Source: Candidatus Woesebacteria bacterium (GTDB lineage: Bacteria; Patescibacteriota; Microgenomatia; UBA8517). From it: 60,569 nt of DNA. The translations under genes were made by a program, and so were the position numbers. This document shows positions 1 through 10,487 of the stretch, piece after piece. Numbering within the stretch: the first letter of the stretch is position 1; every line of letters starts with the position of its first letter. Location of the stretch: the NCBI GenBank assembly GCA_020060845.1, contig JAGUZK010000043.1, positions 1 through 60,569 of the forward strand, given 5' to 3'. The notes beneath the pieces are model-generated. The model was not told the DNA's origin and made no database searches. It saw nothing but the letters and a program-made list of their open reading frames with translations.

Positions 1-711
1 CAGGGCAACTTAGAAAGTGGAGATTTGTCTTATAGGTTGGCAAAGATTGTTACTAACCTGAAGATAGACATTAATCTTTCTCGCTTGAATGATTGGAATC
101 TTTCGAGTGAGGAGGCAAGAAACATCCTTGAGCAGCTTGGCTTTAGAAGCCTCCTTAAAAGAATTTCTAATTCTTATGTCTCCATGGATCAAGTTGCTAA
201 AAACAATGTCCAGTTTTCTAAAAAGCTTAGTAAAGATGAAGTGGAGGAGGCTGTGTATAATTTTTCGAGAAGAATGGATGGAAAGAAGTTTGCAGTTAGA
301 GGTACAGCTGGTCTTGTCTTGCAGGGGTTTGATATGGGGGTTGATGATATTGATGTGGTTTGTGACGAACAAACCGTAGAATTTATTAAGAAAGAGTTTA
401 AAAATGAAATAATAAAAGAAATTAATTATTCAAAGTCTAGTAGATATCAATCCTTTTTTGGGCAGATGGTTTTGGGCGGAGTTCTATTTGAGGTGATGGG
501 CAACTTCCAGTATAGGAACCAAAACGGGGTCTGGAGTGGTGTTTTGACTGGTGAAGACAGTCAAGTGAATGTGGTGAAAGTAAAAGGTAGGGAAGTGAGA
601 GTTACAAAACCCGAAGTTGAAATGGAGTTTGCAGCTGGTATGGGAAGGTGGAATGAGTACCACAAGATAAGAAGACAAATCCAAGAAAGAATGCAAGGTG
701 ATTTGTTTTAG
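1..711 (+). CDS. Partial CDS (5' end off-window): tail of a Pol I-type 5'-3' exonuclease/FEN domain fused to a Pol-beta-type nucleotidyltransferase-like domain
   Basis: Frame 1 is open from nt 1. LSYRLAKIVTNLKIDINL...EEARNILEQLGFRSLLKRI resembles the conserved end of bacterial 5'-nuclease domains. RGTAGLVLQGFDMGVDDIDVV fits the minimal NTase G[ST]...DxD signature. Confidence 0.5.
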   Translation, partial: QGNLESGDLSYRLAKIVTNLKIDINLSRLNDWNLSSEEARNILEQLGFRSLLKRISNSYVSMDQVAKNNVQFSKKLSKDEVEEAVYNFSRRMDGKKFAVRGTAGLVLQGFDMGVDDIDVVCDEQTVEFIKKEFKNEIIKEINYSKSSRYQSFFGQMVLGGVLFEVMGNFQYRNQNGVWSGVLTGEDSQVNVVKVKGREVRVTKPEVEMEFAAGMGRWNEYHKIRRQIQERMQGDLF

Positions 712-719
712 AAAATGGC

Positions 720-1850
720 ATGAGGGTTGCATTGGTACATGACTACATAAAGGAATACGGTGGAGCAGAGAGGGTTTTGGAAGAGCTGCATACTATATAC
801 CCAGAGGCAGATATCTATACAACAGTCTTTTTACCTGAGTTTTTGGGACCTCACAGGGCTCGATTCGAAGGTTGGAAAGTTAAGCCGTCTATTCTTCAAC
901 TAATCCCCTTGAAGGGAAAGATGATTAGCTTTTTCCGTTTTATTGAGCCAATTGTCTTTAGGCTTATGGATCTTCGCAAGTATGATCTTGTCATTGTTTC
1001 AAAGTGTGGTAATTTTGCCTCTATAAATTCTTTTATCAAAAGCCCGGGAGCTACACACATTTGTTATTGTCATACCCCCCCTCGCTATCTTTATGGTTAC
1101 CCTGTTGCTACAAGATGGGATAGTAATTTGGTGCGCAGGATTTTATTTGTCTTGGGAAAAATTCCGATGCACTTTATGCGCAAGCTAGACTATCTTGACG
1201 GCCAGAAACCAGATTATTTTGTCGCAAACTCTTCTGAAGTGGCAGGTAGGATAAAAAGGTTTTATAAAAGAGAGGCGGTAGTTATTTATCCTCCGATTGA
1301 TATTCCAAAGATTGACAAATTAGTTCCAATGAAAAACCGCAAGTATTATTTGACCGGAGGGAGGTTATCTAGAAATAAGGCATTTGATTTGGCAGTTGCG
1401 GCGTGTACCAAACTTAATTTGCCTCTAAAGGTTTTTGGCAGGGGCTTTGGCGGGTATGGGGTAGATGATTTGAAAAAAATTGCAGGCGATACGGTTGAGT
1501 TTTTGGGAGAAATAACCCAGGAGGAAAAGTGGAAGCTGATAATGGGAGCCAAAGCTTATATTTCACCAAGCCTTCAGGAAGACTTTGGAATGTTAAATCT
1601 TGAGGTCAATGCGGGAGGTACGCCGGTAATTGCATATAAGTCGGGGGGGGTATTAGAGACTGTAATTGATGGAGTTAATGGAGTGTTTTTTGATAAGCCA
1701 TCTGTTGATTCACTGGTAAAGGCGATAAAGCGCTTTGAGAGATCTAAATTTGACCCGCTAAGATGTAGGGAACATGCAAAAAAATTTTCAAAAGATAGGT
1801 TTGATAGGGAAATAAGAGATTTTGTGGCTAAGGTAAGAAAGAAAAAGTAA
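720..1850 (+). CDS. Glycosyltransferase, GT4/group 1 family
   Basis: 376-aa ORF. N-terminus MRVALVHDYIKEYGGAERV and C-terminal EDFGMLNLEVNAGGTPVIA are typical of GT-B group 1 enzymes. Confidence 0.8.
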   Translation: MRVALVHDYIKEYGGAERVLEELHTIYPEADIYTTVFLPEFLGPHRARFEGWKVKPSILQLIPLKGKMISFFRFIEPIVFRLMDLRKYDLVIVSKCGNFASINSFIKSPGATHICYCHTPPRYLYGYPVATRWDSNLVRRILFVLGKIPMHFMRKLDYLDGQKPDYFVANSSEVAGRIKRFYKREAVVIYPPIDIPKIDKLVPMKNRKYYLTGGRLSRNKAFDLAVAACTKLNLPLKVFGRGFGGYGVDDLKKIAGDTVEFLGEITQEEKWKLIMGAKAYISPSLQEDFGMLNLEVNAGGTPVIAYKSGGVLETVIDGVNGVFFDKPSVDSLVKAIKRFERSKFDPLRCREHAKKFSKDRFDREIRDFVAKVRKKK

Positions 1851-2458
1851 TGGCTAGTCAGATTTCGCATGTTGTTTACGGCAAAAAAATTTTTGACAGG
1901 GTTACTAAGATTAAAAAGGATTTGGAATGGAGGAAATTTTTGCTGGGGACAACTTTTCCTGATATTCGCCAGCTGGCAGGGCTTGACAGAAAACTCTTAC
2001 ATTGGGGTATAAAAGATTTTGAGAGTATAGCTACTCATCCATCGTTTGATGCTGGAATCTATGCCCACTCCTGGGTAGACTTGCAAAGGTCTGCTTTTTT
2101 GAGAAGGTCTGGTGTTTTTGATTATATTCCCAGCGATCCAATTACTAATTCTGCCTTAAAACTTGTTGAGGATCAAATTGTGTATGAGAAAATTACTAAT
2201 TGGCAGGAGATAATTTCGATGTACGATGTCATTTTACCCGAGGAGGTTAAACTCGTTCCTATAGATATTGTAGAAAGGTGGCACAAAGGGTTGAAAGATT
2301 ATTTTAAGAGAAGGCCTGATAGTAGGATTATTGCCGAAATGATCGATCATTATACAGTCTACTCTAGTATCAAGAAGAGAGTTTTAAAGGAGATTAAAAT
2401 TATCAGACAGATAAGAGAGGTGATTGAGATTCTGGGGAGGGTTTATGATATATTCTAA
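1850..2458 (+). CDS. Hypothetical protein
   Basis: 202-aa ORF. Its start overlaps the stop of the upstream gene (TAATG). No motif recognised. Confidence 0.5.
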   Translation: MASQISHVVYGKKIFDRVTKIKKDLEWRKFLLGTTFPDIRQLAGLDRKLLHWGIKDFESIATHPSFDAGIYAHSWVDLQRSAFLRRSGVFDYIPSDPITNSALKLVEDQIVYEKITNWQEIISMYDVILPEEVKLVPIDIVERWHKGLKDYFKRRPDSRIIAEMIDHYTVYSSIKKRVLKEIKIIRQIREVIEILGRVYDIF

Positions 2459-2460
2459 AT

Positions 2461-3330
2461 ATGCCAGAGCTTCCAGAGGTTGAGACAATAAGGCTTCAGC
2501 TTGAGAAGTTTTTGGTCGGCCACAGGATCGAAAAAATTGAGGTCAAAAATCCCAGATATGAAATACCACAAAAAGACAATCTCTTGGGTTCAGAATTTAT
2601 TGGGGTCAGAAGATTTGCAAAGGTGCTTTCGCTAGACCTTTCCAATAAGCACTCAATTGTTGTTCATATCAAATTAACCGGTCAACTTATTTATCGCGGC
2701 CCAAATTTAAAGGAGGTGGCCGCTCTTTCAAAAAAAGTTGTTGGGGGAGTACCAGGTGCTCATACCCATATCATATTTTATCTTGATCGTGGGGGAGTTC
2801 TTTATTACAACGATATAAGGCGTTTTGGCTGGGTGAGGGTAGTTGGTAGCGATCAGGTGGTAAAAGAAGGTTTTATTAGTAAGCTTGGGCCAGAGCCGGC
2901 AGTTACAGACAATTTTACAGGGAGAGCGTTGACTTTTGAGGATTTTAAGAAGATTCTTTCTAGAACCAAGCGGGCAATTAAGGTTGTCCTTATGGATCAG
3001 ACCAAAATTGGAGGAGTAGGAAATATTTACGCAAATGATGCCTTGTGGCTTGCTAAAATTGATCCAAAAAGACCCGCGGATAAAATAACAGAGAAAGAAA
3101 CAGAAGAACTTTATGACTCTATCAACAAAGTTTTAAGGACAGGCCTCAAATATGGCGGAGCAAGTGAATTGGCGTTTGTGACTCCTGATGGGAGGGAAGG
3201 GAAATATCAGGAACATAGTCTAGTTTATGGACGAGAGAACATGCCTTGCAAAAGATGCCACACGGCAAAAATCAAAAAATATTTTCTTTCTGGCCGGGGG
3301 ACTTACTTTTGTCCAGCTTGCCAGAAATGA
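2461..3330 (+). CDS. mutM: Formamidopyrimidine-DNA glycosylase
   Basis: MPELPEVETIR N-terminus (catalytic Pro2/Glu3), H2TH region, and a C-terminal CxxC...CxxC zinc finger (CKRCH...CPACQ). Confidence 0.9.
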   Translation: MPELPEVETIRLQLEKFLVGHRIEKIEVKNPRYEIPQKDNLLGSEFIGVRRFAKVLSLDLSNKHSIVVHIKLTGQLIYRGPNLKEVAALSKKVVGGVPGAHTHIIFYLDRGGVLYYNDIRRFGWVRVVGSDQVVKEGFISKLGPEPAVTDNFTGRALTFEDFKKILSRTKRAIKVVLMDQTKIGGVGNIYANDALWLAKIDPKRPADKITEKETEELYDSINKVLRTGLKYGGASELAFVTPDGREGKYQEHSLVYGRENMPCKRCHTAKIKKYFLSGRGTYFCPACQK

Positions 3331-3358
3331 AACCTTCTTTTACAGTTAGTAATAGTCT

Positions 3359-5041
3359 ATGAATAACACTTGGCGACTTGCTAGTAAAGCTGAAAAGATT
3401 AAGGAGGTTTTTGATTTTAAGAGCAAAAAATTTGGTGAAGTGGTTGAGATCAAGGCAGAAGCTAAGGCAGGAGATGAATTTTTGAGCATTGATGTTTTCC
3501 TGCCGGGGGTAAACAGGAGTGATTGGAATGTTATAACTTCTGGTTGGCATACCTGGAGTGGGAGGGAAACCAGAGGCAAGGATGTGGGAATAGCTGACTT
3601 TCAGACTAAATTTTCAAAAAAGAAGACCGAAGTTACAGTTGAGCCGGGGATGGGTGGCGAGAGAATACCAGATAATGAAGCCAGAAGTTATGGTTTTGTG
3701 GTCTTTAGAAGCAAAGATGGGAAAAATAATATTGGAGTTGGCATTATCCCTAGCCTTTCTGAAATCGAGGACTTGAGGTTTAAGTTGGTTGGGGGAGGTG
3801 TTGTTGTGACAGTCAGAAAAAATCTTGAAAAATTAGATCACGCCAGAGAAGTTTCTTTCAAGCTTTTTCTTGCAAGAGGGATGTGTACTGAAATTATTTG
3901 GAGGTTTGGAGAGGAACTTGCAGGCTTAAACAAAATTAAACTTATGAAGGATAGAGTTATTTGGTTTTCTTGGGCGGCTTATGGAAAGGGGGTTAGACAG
4001 GAAAGGGATATTGAGCCTGAACTTCCCTATCTAGCGGAGGTGGGGGTGGATACTATCATAATTGATGATGGCTGGGAAAAAATGGTTGGTCAGTGGGAAG
4101 TGGATACTGATAAGTTTCCAGATATGATTGGGCTTGTTGGGAATATTAAAAAGCTTGGTATAAAACCGGGAATTTGGATTGCTCCGTTTATGGCGGTAAG
4201 AGAGTCGGAGATATTTAGTTTACATCCCGATTGGATAGTAAAAGATAGTGAAGGGCAAGTGCTTAGTGTTACCAACCCCCAGATTCAGCCGACAGGTCGC
4301 CTGTGGCCCTTTATTGAGAGGGCCGTTGGTCTTGATGTATCTTTACCTGAAGTCAGGGAATATCTTTATGGTGAATTTATTCGTTTGACTAAGATTGGTT
4401 TTGAAGTTTTTAAGGTTGATTTCGTCTCGATCCCTTTTGTTGGTCAGCTTGCCAGAAAGGGTAAAACTTCAGTTGGGTATTATCGGGAGTTTTTTCAGGA
4501 GCTAAGAGCGCGTGTTAGGGAAGCAACTGGGAGAGAAATTGAGCTTATTGGTTGCGGGGCGCCAATGATGGAAAGCATCGGCCTTTTTGAAGGGATAAGG
4601 GTCTCAGCAGACTCCGCAATGCCTAATATTGCCACACTTCGTTATTATGGCAGAATTTATAGGATTTTTAGCGCAATTCCAGTTTTGGGATCCCTAATAA
4701 GGGGAAAGGTTATGGATATCCACACTGTTATGTACCGAGATGCTGCGGCAGTTGCTTTCAGGCGCGCTCTTGTCTTTGGTAGGGCGTTTGGTCTTTTAGT
4801 TGATGGAGTGCATCTAAACGACCCCAAAATTTATATTGATAAGACTGAAAAAAGAAAAGTCATAGAGGCGCTTCCGGCATTCAAGTGGCTGGGGGTTTTG
4901 ACAAATCTTTTTATAGGAGATAGTCTTGTGCGTGCAGGGCTGCGGGGTAGGCTTGAGTGGCAGGGCTTTTTGGCTAGATTTAAAAAAGGGCAAGAGATGT
5001 GGATTGATGAGGCGACAGGAAATGTTTTGGTAAATGAGTAA
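3359..5041 (+). CDS. Alpha-galactosidase-like glycoside hydrolase (GH36/GH27-type TIM barrel)
   Basis: IIIDDGWE...KFPD...GIKPGIWIAPF and FKVDF motifs resemble melibiase-family catalytic barrels. Confidence 0.55.
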   Translation: MNNTWRLASKAEKIKEVFDFKSKKFGEVVEIKAEAKAGDEFLSIDVFLPGVNRSDWNVITSGWHTWSGRETRGKDVGIADFQTKFSKKKTEVTVEPGMGGERIPDNEARSYGFVVFRSKDGKNNIGVGIIPSLSEIEDLRFKLVGGGVVVTVRKNLEKLDHAREVSFKLFLARGMCTEIIWRFGEELAGLNKIKLMKDRVIWFSWAAYGKGVRQERDIEPELPYLAEVGVDTIIIDDGWEKMVGQWEVDTDKFPDMIGLVGNIKKLGIKPGIWIAPFMAVRESEIFSLHPDWIVKDSEGQVLSVTNPQIQPTGRLWPFIERAVGLDVSLPEVREYLYGEFIRLTKIGFEVFKVDFVSIPFVGQLARKGKTSVGYYREFFQELRARVREATGREIELIGCGAPMMESIGLFEGIRVSADSAMPNIATLRYYGRIYRIFSAIPVLGSLIRGKVMDIHTVMYRDAAAVAFRRALVFGRAFGLLVDGVHLNDPKIYIDKTEKRKVIEALPAFKWLGVLTNLFIGDSLVRAGLRGRLEWQGFLARFKKGQEMWIDEATGNVLVNE

Positions 5042-5711
5042 AATTTTAATAATTTCAGACGTCCACTTTACTACCTATTTTAATCGGAAGAAACTTGAGT
5101 TTTTCAAGGAGCTTATTCCTCAATTTGACCAAATTATTATTAATGGTGATTTTTGGTCATACTATTCTGTTACCTTTGACCAGTTTATAAACTCTAGGTG
5201 GAAGGAGCTCTTTCCACTTTTTAAGGCAAAAAATACAATTTATATCTACGGAAACCACGATCAAGAAAGATGGATAGACGAGCGAGCAAATCTTTTTTCG
5301 GTGAAGCAGGTGCGAGAATATAGATTTAGATGTGGAGATAAGGTGTATATAGTTACACATGGAGACAAGATTTTAGGTGCGCCAAGTTTTGACAGCGACC
5401 GATTTACAAGGGTTTGGAGAACTTTGTATATGGATGCTCCGCATTATGCTCTTGAAACTTTGCTTTTGAAAATTTTTGGAGTGAGGTTGTACAGGATTGC
5501 CCGGAGGTTAAATAAAAAAATTAAAAAGTACTCGTCTTTGTTAGGAGATAATAAGTATTTGATTACTGGCCATACTCATCTTGCGGAAATTGATTTGAAA
5601 AATCACTTCATCAATACTGGATTTATTCACAGTGGTGTCGCCAGCTATATAGTTTTACAGGATTGTGAACCCAAAGTGGTGAATGAAAGATACGATTGGG
5701 GTATACTCTGA
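5034..5711 (+). CDS. Calcineurin-like metallophosphoesterase
   Basis: ISDVHF, INGDFW, GNHD and TGHTH motif series. Confidence 0.75.
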   Translation: MSKILIISDVHFTTYFNRKKLEFFKELIPQFDQIIINGDFWSYYSVTFDQFINSRWKELFPLFKAKNTIYIYGNHDQERWIDERANLFSVKQVREYRFRCGDKVYIVTHGDKILGAPSFDSDRFTRVWRTLYMDAPHYALETLLLKIFGVRLYRIARRLNKKIKKYSSLLGDNKYLITGHTHLAEIDLKNHFINTGFIHSGVASYIVLQDCEPKVVNERYDWGIL

Positions 5712-5714
5712 TGG

Positions 5715-6818
5715 ATGATTAAGACCGTCAAACTTCAAGATTTTAGGAATTTTAATGAGCTGACTCTAAACTTTTCAAGTGGGGTTACTGTAATATTGGG
5801 GCCCAATGCCTCTGGAAAGACCAATATTCTTGAGGCTTTATACCTTCTTTCAACCGGTAAAAGCTTCAGAGCTCGCTTGGAGGAGGAGATGATAAATTAT
5901 GGCGGGCAAGTAGCGCGCGTCAAAGGTACTGTTGTAGACGAAAAAGGTGGGTCTAACACTGGCCCAGCAATTACTAGTCTGGAAGTAATTCTCACGCGGG
6001 GGAAAATAAAAGTTGGTGATGACCCCGAGAAAATTCAAAATATCCCAAGAAAGACGCTAATTAAAAATGGCGTTTCAAAACGACTTATTGATTTTGCTGG
6101 GAAATTGAAAGTGGTCTTATTTGGGCCGTGGGATCTAGACCTAGTTACCCAGTCACCAAGCCTACGGAGAAAATTTCTTGATACAGTTCTTTCTCAGGTT
6201 GACAGAGAATATAGGAGGGCGTCTCTTTCCTACGAAAAAGGGCTTCGTCAAAGAAATAGGTTGTTGCAAAGGATTCGGGATGAGGGAGTCCCCCGCACGC
6301 AGCTAGCTTTTTGGAACCAGCTTCTTGTCAAAAACGGAAACTACATTTCAGACAAAAGGGGAGAGTTTGTAGATTTTGCAAATAAAAGCCCCGGTTTTTT
6401 GGATCAGGATTTCTCTTTGATTTATGACGCAAGTGCAATTTCTAGTGCCCGCCTTGAGCGTTATAAGGAAGAGGAAGTATCTGCAGCAACAACTCTAGTC
6501 GGACCCCATAGGGATGACATAATATTTGAAATGCGAAGTGGAAAGTCATCAAAAGATGGCAAGATTGATTTGGCCAGATTTGGTAGCCGTGGCGAGCAGA
6601 GGATGGGGGTTCTTTGGCTTAAAATGGCGGAACTGGCGTTTATTGAAAAAGTAACAAATGAGAAACCCACGCTTTTACTTGATGATATTTTCTCCGAGCT
6701 TGATCATGAACACCGGGAGGTTATCTTTGAAGTCTCAAAGAGCCAACAAACAATAATTTCAACAGCAGATCAACATTATTTAGAAAAGTCTATAGAGGTG
6801 GAAAGAGTAGAATTGTAG
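5715..6818 (+). CDS. recF: DNA replication/repair protein RecF
   Basis: LQDFRNF...ILGPNASGKTNILEALYLLSTGKSFRA Walker A context. C-terminal LLLDDIFSELD signature/Walker B. Confidence 0.9.
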   Translation: MIKTVKLQDFRNFNELTLNFSSGVTVILGPNASGKTNILEALYLLSTGKSFRARLEEEMINYGGQVARVKGTVVDEKGGSNTGPAITSLEVILTRGKIKVGDDPEKIQNIPRKTLIKNGVSKRLIDFAGKLKVVLFGPWDLDLVTQSPSLRRKFLDTVLSQVDREYRRASLSYEKGLRQRNRLLQRIRDEGVPRTQLAFWNQLLVKNGNYISDKRGEFVDFANKSPGFLDQDFSLIYDASAISSARLERYKEEEVSAATTLVGPHRDDIIFEMRSGKSSKDGKIDLARFGSRGEQRMGVLWLKMAELAFIEKVTNEKPTLLLDDIFSELDHEHREVIFEVSKSQQTIISTADQHYLEKSIEVERVEL

Positions 6819-7082
6819 GTGTAAAATATTTTCTGTAAGATTAGAAAGAAAACCAGATGAAGGCAATAATGATGGGGTAGTTATTACGATAGGTGCACAT
6901 GGTAGACCCGTGGATCCCGAAAGTGTTGCAGTTGAATTTGCAAGACAAATAGCTTTAGAAACTGGAACACCAGTTATTATAACAGATGTAACTGAAGGGG
7001 ATGGGTTAGATCCAAAAGGAAGGCCTATTGTTGTTAATCCATATCCACCAACCTCAAGAAGTTGAGGAGACTGACGTCTATT

Positions 7083-7409
7083 TTATTCTTCCTTTTTACT
7101 ACTTTTTACAATCTTACTTAGCTGATAGGTAATTAGTACCGCCAGAAAAGTAACAACTAATGCGTAAATTAAAAGCGAGATAATTCCTGAGCCCCCGCCA
7201 AATACTGGTTCGATGTAGTTTTTAATTAGCTCTTTAATGAGTTCATTCCAAGCAAGTGCTGCAACAAGCCCAAACCCACTTGTTACAAGCTTTAATAGTT
7301 TGTCTGCAAATTGTTTCTTGAATTCCTGAGCTTCCTTTTTTAATTTTTCCTCAAGTGTCTTTTGGGTTATCTCAAGGCTTTTGTCTTTTAAGGAAGTATT
7401 GGTAGTCAT
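7083..7409 (-). CDS. Small membrane protein (DUF5654-like)
   Basis: 108 aa with a coiled N-terminus then two hydrophobic helices (GFGLVAALAWNELIKE...). Confidence 0.6.
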   Translation of the reverse strand: MTTNTSLKDKSLEITQKTLEEKLKKEAQEFKKQFADKLLKLVTSGFGLVAALAWNELIKELIKNYIEPVFGGGSGIISLLIYALVVTFLAVLITYQLSKIVKSSKKEE

Positions 7410-7462
7410 CTAGCCTTTATTTTAATATACTTTAAGTATAGGGGGTAATTTTTCAAATTCCA

Positions 7463-8356
7463 ATGAGAGTTTTTGATAAATCTGAATTGAAAAAGCTGTT
7501 TAAGCCCGCTTTTGATAGCTCAGGAGAGGATAATGGGCAAATTACCATAATTGGCGGATCAAAGCTTTTTCATGGAGCGCCCGTCTTGGCATTGAAGGTT
7601 GCCTCAAGGATTGTTGATATGGTTTTTTTTGCCACTCCCGAACCATCGGTTGGCGAAGTAGCTGAAAAGATTAAATCAAAGATATTGTCTTTTATCTGGG
7701 TTCCCTGGGAAGATACTGAGGATTATATTAAAAAATCCGACGCGGTTTTAATTGGACCCGGTTTCATGAGATTTGGAAGCGAAAAGACTCCCGAAGGTCA
7801 GAGGAACCATGAAAATCACATAGAGGGACAGGTTACTAGGCAAATTACTCAAGACCTTCTTGAGAAATTCCCCAATAAGCGTTGGGTGATTGATGCTGGA
7901 AGTCTACAGGTAATGGAGGCAAGTTGGATTCCAGCGGGGGCGATAGTCACTCCAAACAAAAAGGAGTTTGAGATGTTGTTCAAAAACGATATCAAAAACT
8001 TAAATACTATATATTATTTAAGTGATGAGGAGAGAGGAAAAATAGTGGGAGACATGGCAAGAAAATACGGTTGTATCATTGTTCTTAAAGGCCCCAGTAC
8101 TATTGTTTGCAGCCCAAATGAATGTGTGTTGGTCAAAGGAGGAAATCCCGGGATGACAAAGGGAGGGACGGGAGATGTCTTGGCGGGTCTGACTGTTGCG
8201 CTTCTTGCCAAAAATGACCCATTTTTGGCAGCTTGTGCTGCTTCTTACATTGCCAAATTTGCAGCCGATATGCTTTACAAGAAAGTTGGGGTAAATTACA
8301 ATGCGGACGACTTGGCAGATTTTACCTCAAATGTTTTTGGAAAGATTTTAGGGTGA
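7463..8356 (+). CDS. nnrD: ADP-dependent NAD(P)H-hydrate dehydratase (YjeF C-terminal type)
   Basis: KGGTGDVLAGL motif and an overall carbohydrate-kinase-like layout. Confidence 0.8.
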   Translation: MRVFDKSELKKLFKPAFDSSGEDNGQITIIGGSKLFHGAPVLALKVASRIVDMVFFATPEPSVGEVAEKIKSKILSFIWVPWEDTEDYIKKSDAVLIGPGFMRFGSEKTPEGQRNHENHIEGQVTRQITQDLLEKFPNKRWVIDAGSLQVMEASWIPAGAIVTPNKKEFEMLFKNDIKNLNTIYYLSDEERGKIVGDMARKYGCIIVLKGPSTIVCSPNECVLVKGGNPGMTKGGTGDVLAGLTVALLAKNDPFLAACAASYIAKFAADMLYKKVGVNYNADDLADFTSNVFGKILG

Positions 8357-8380
8357 TGATGTATTGCAATATAGCTTGGC

Positions 8381-9307
8381 CTATCTGAGGTTGATTTTTG
8401 AAAGAATGTAAGATTGGATTTCTTTTCCTTTGACAAAAATTGATGAATGCCCTGTATCCAAAGAGAGTATTCTCTGCCCCCTCCACCAATTTTTGGCATC
8501 TTGGTAGTTGACGGTGGCGTCATATTTTCCGAGAATGGGAAATATTTTAGCGTGCCTTTGGGCTGTTGGATTTGGTACTTCGAATGAATTAAGAAACGAC
8601 TTGTTTTTCCCAAGGAGATCTTGATTGTCCACAAATGGCTTGTAAGTGGAATTAAGAAGAATTTTGGGCAGATCTGGGAATGCTGCCAGGGGAAAATAAA
8701 AATCACATGTACCATAAAAATAGTAGTGGAGGCTGGTAACAATTCCACCAAGGCTGATTCCACAAGCAACGGTAGGGGTGTTACAGATAGATTTGTGCAA
8801 ATTAACCACTTCATCAAGCGCTAATAAAGATCCTGCAACTCCACAAGTCATATTTGTAAAGTTGTTGATGTAATTATTGATTATTTGCTTTATATTTTCA
8901 TGATGGCTTGTCTTGATTGAGAAGAAATTGAATTTACCAAGAAATGATTTTTCGAAAATTAGCTTGATCTGTAGGGGATGATAGATTTCTCCAATTCCAT
9001 GATGATAGATAAAGGTTGGCCTATCTTTTCTAAAATTTCCATGAAGGTAGACCTTTACCTCTCCATGTGAATTTTTGAACTTGTACTGTAGGTACCAGGG
9101 TTGATTAGGCAGACGGATAATTTCAATTTTTATATTTTTTAAGACTGTATTAAAGGAAGGAAATTTCTCCTTTGGAGATTGGTCGCTAAAGCATTTTATA
9201 TTTTTGCTCTTTAGAAACCCAACCAGCCTATCGTTTTCTAATATTTTCTTTTTTGCTAGAATTTCTGTTTTGACTAAAGGGTGAACCTTTTTTTCTTTTT
9301 GCTTCAT
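8381..9307 (-). CDS. Hypothetical alpha/beta-hydrolase-like protein
   Basis: 308 aa. GISLGG fits a GxSxG nucleophile elbow. Nothing else recognised. Confidence 0.45.
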   Translation of the reverse strand: MKQKEKKVHPLVKTEILAKKKILENDRLVGFLKSKNIKCFSDQSPKEKFPSFNTVLKNIKIEIIRLPNQPWYLQYKFKNSHGEVKVYLHGNFRKDRPTFIYHHGIGEIYHPLQIKLIFEKSFLGKFNFFSIKTSHHENIKQIINNYINNFTNMTCGVAGSLLALDEVVNLHKSICNTPTVACGISLGGIVTSLHYYFYGTCDFYFPLAAFPDLPKILLNSTYKPFVDNQDLLGKNKSFLNSFEVPNPTAQRHAKIFPILGKYDATVNYQDAKNWWRGQRILSLDTGHSSIFVKGKEIQSYILSKINLR

Positions 9308-9374
9308 TATAGGTAATTATATCAGTAAAACCCATTGTTTTTTCCGCAGGATTTGCGGTAATATTTATTGACAG

Positions 9375-10439
9375 ATGTATATTCCAAAGTATTCCATTAC
9401 TAACAAGATACTAAAAAATATTGGGGCTGTTGAAGCCGCAAAGGAAGTTATCGAAAATGCGCCCTTGGTACCTTATTACGAGAAGCAGTTTAGGACTGAT
9501 GCAATTGCAAGGACAATACACCACGGTACCCACATCGAGGGGAATGACTTGTCGCTTTTGGAGACCAAAAGGCTTCTTGAGGGGGTGGAGGTGGTTGCCC
9601 ATGAGAGAGATATCCAGGAGGTTATTAACTACCGAAATGTGATGAGGTTCTTGGATGAGTTGTCTCAAGTAAAAAATGAATACGATGCAGATACAATACT
9701 GGAGATTCATAGGAAAGTTGTGGATAAGCTTGTTGATCCTGCAAAAGTTGGTGTCTTCCGTACAACTCAGGTTGTTATCAAAGAGGAAAATACAGGAAGA
9801 GTAATAATTTCCCCGCCGGCAGCCAAGGACGTACCAGGATTAGTAAACGAATTTCTTATTTGGCTAAATAGCCAAGAATCGGCAGATCTGCATCCGATTC
9901 TTCGTGCTGGGATTGCACATTATGTCTTAGTGTCGATTCACCCCTTTGTTGAAGGAAATGGGAGAACTGTGCGCGCATTTGCCAACCTTATCCTTATGCG
10001 TGAGGGCTATGACATCAAAAGATTTTTCTCCCTTGAAGAACATTTTGACAATGATTTATCTCAATATTATGAGGCGTTTGCCAGCGTTGACAGACAATCA
10101 CCAAATGTCACAGACAGAGATCTTACTCCTTGGCTTGAGTATTTTACATATGTCGTTGCTATTGAGCTTTCTAAGATTAAGGATAAGGTAAGAAGGCTGT
10201 CTATAGACTCAAAACTCAAAGGTAAGATTGGAGAACAGATAGCTTTATCCGAGCGGCAGATGAAAATTATTGAGTACCTGACAGAGGTGGGGGGAGCGGG
10301 TATGCAGGACTTAAAAAAACAACTGCGTATGGTTTCTGAAGATACAATTTTACGCGACCTAAATAAACTTATTGAAAAAGGTATAATAAAAAAGGAAGGT
10401 CGGACAAAGGCTGCAATGTATGTTATTTCTAAATCATGA
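9375..10439 (+). CDS. Fic family protein with C-terminal winged-helix-like region
   Basis: Canonical Fic motif HPFVEGNGRTVR. Confidence 0.85.
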   Translation: MYIPKYSITNKILKNIGAVEAAKEVIENAPLVPYYEKQFRTDAIARTIHHGTHIEGNDLSLLETKRLLEGVEVVAHERDIQEVINYRNVMRFLDELSQVKNEYDADTILEIHRKVVDKLVDPAKVGVFRTTQVVIKEENTGRVIISPPAAKDVPGLVNEFLIWLNSQESADLHPILRAGIAHYVLVSIHPFVEGNGRTVRAFANLILMREGYDIKRFFSLEEHFDNDLSQYYEAFASVDRQSPNVTDRDLTPWLEYFTYVVAIELSKIKDKVRRLSIDSKLKGKIGEQIALSERQMKIIEYLTEVGGAGMQDLKKQLRMVSEDTILRDLNKLIEKGIIKKEGRTKAAMYVISKS

Positions 10440-10487
10440 CCCTAGAAGTTTCTTATTTGATATTTAATTTTAAGGAAAAACTAGACT

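Noticed and set aside
6811-7065. Open frame downstream of recF (…VVITIGAHGRPVDPESVAVEFARQIALETGTPVIITDVTEGDGLDPKGRPIVVNPYPPTSRS)
   Set aside because: The only canonical start is a GTG at 6911, giving about 51 aa. There is no SD and no recognisable family. It may be a small gene or a remnant and is left uncalled.
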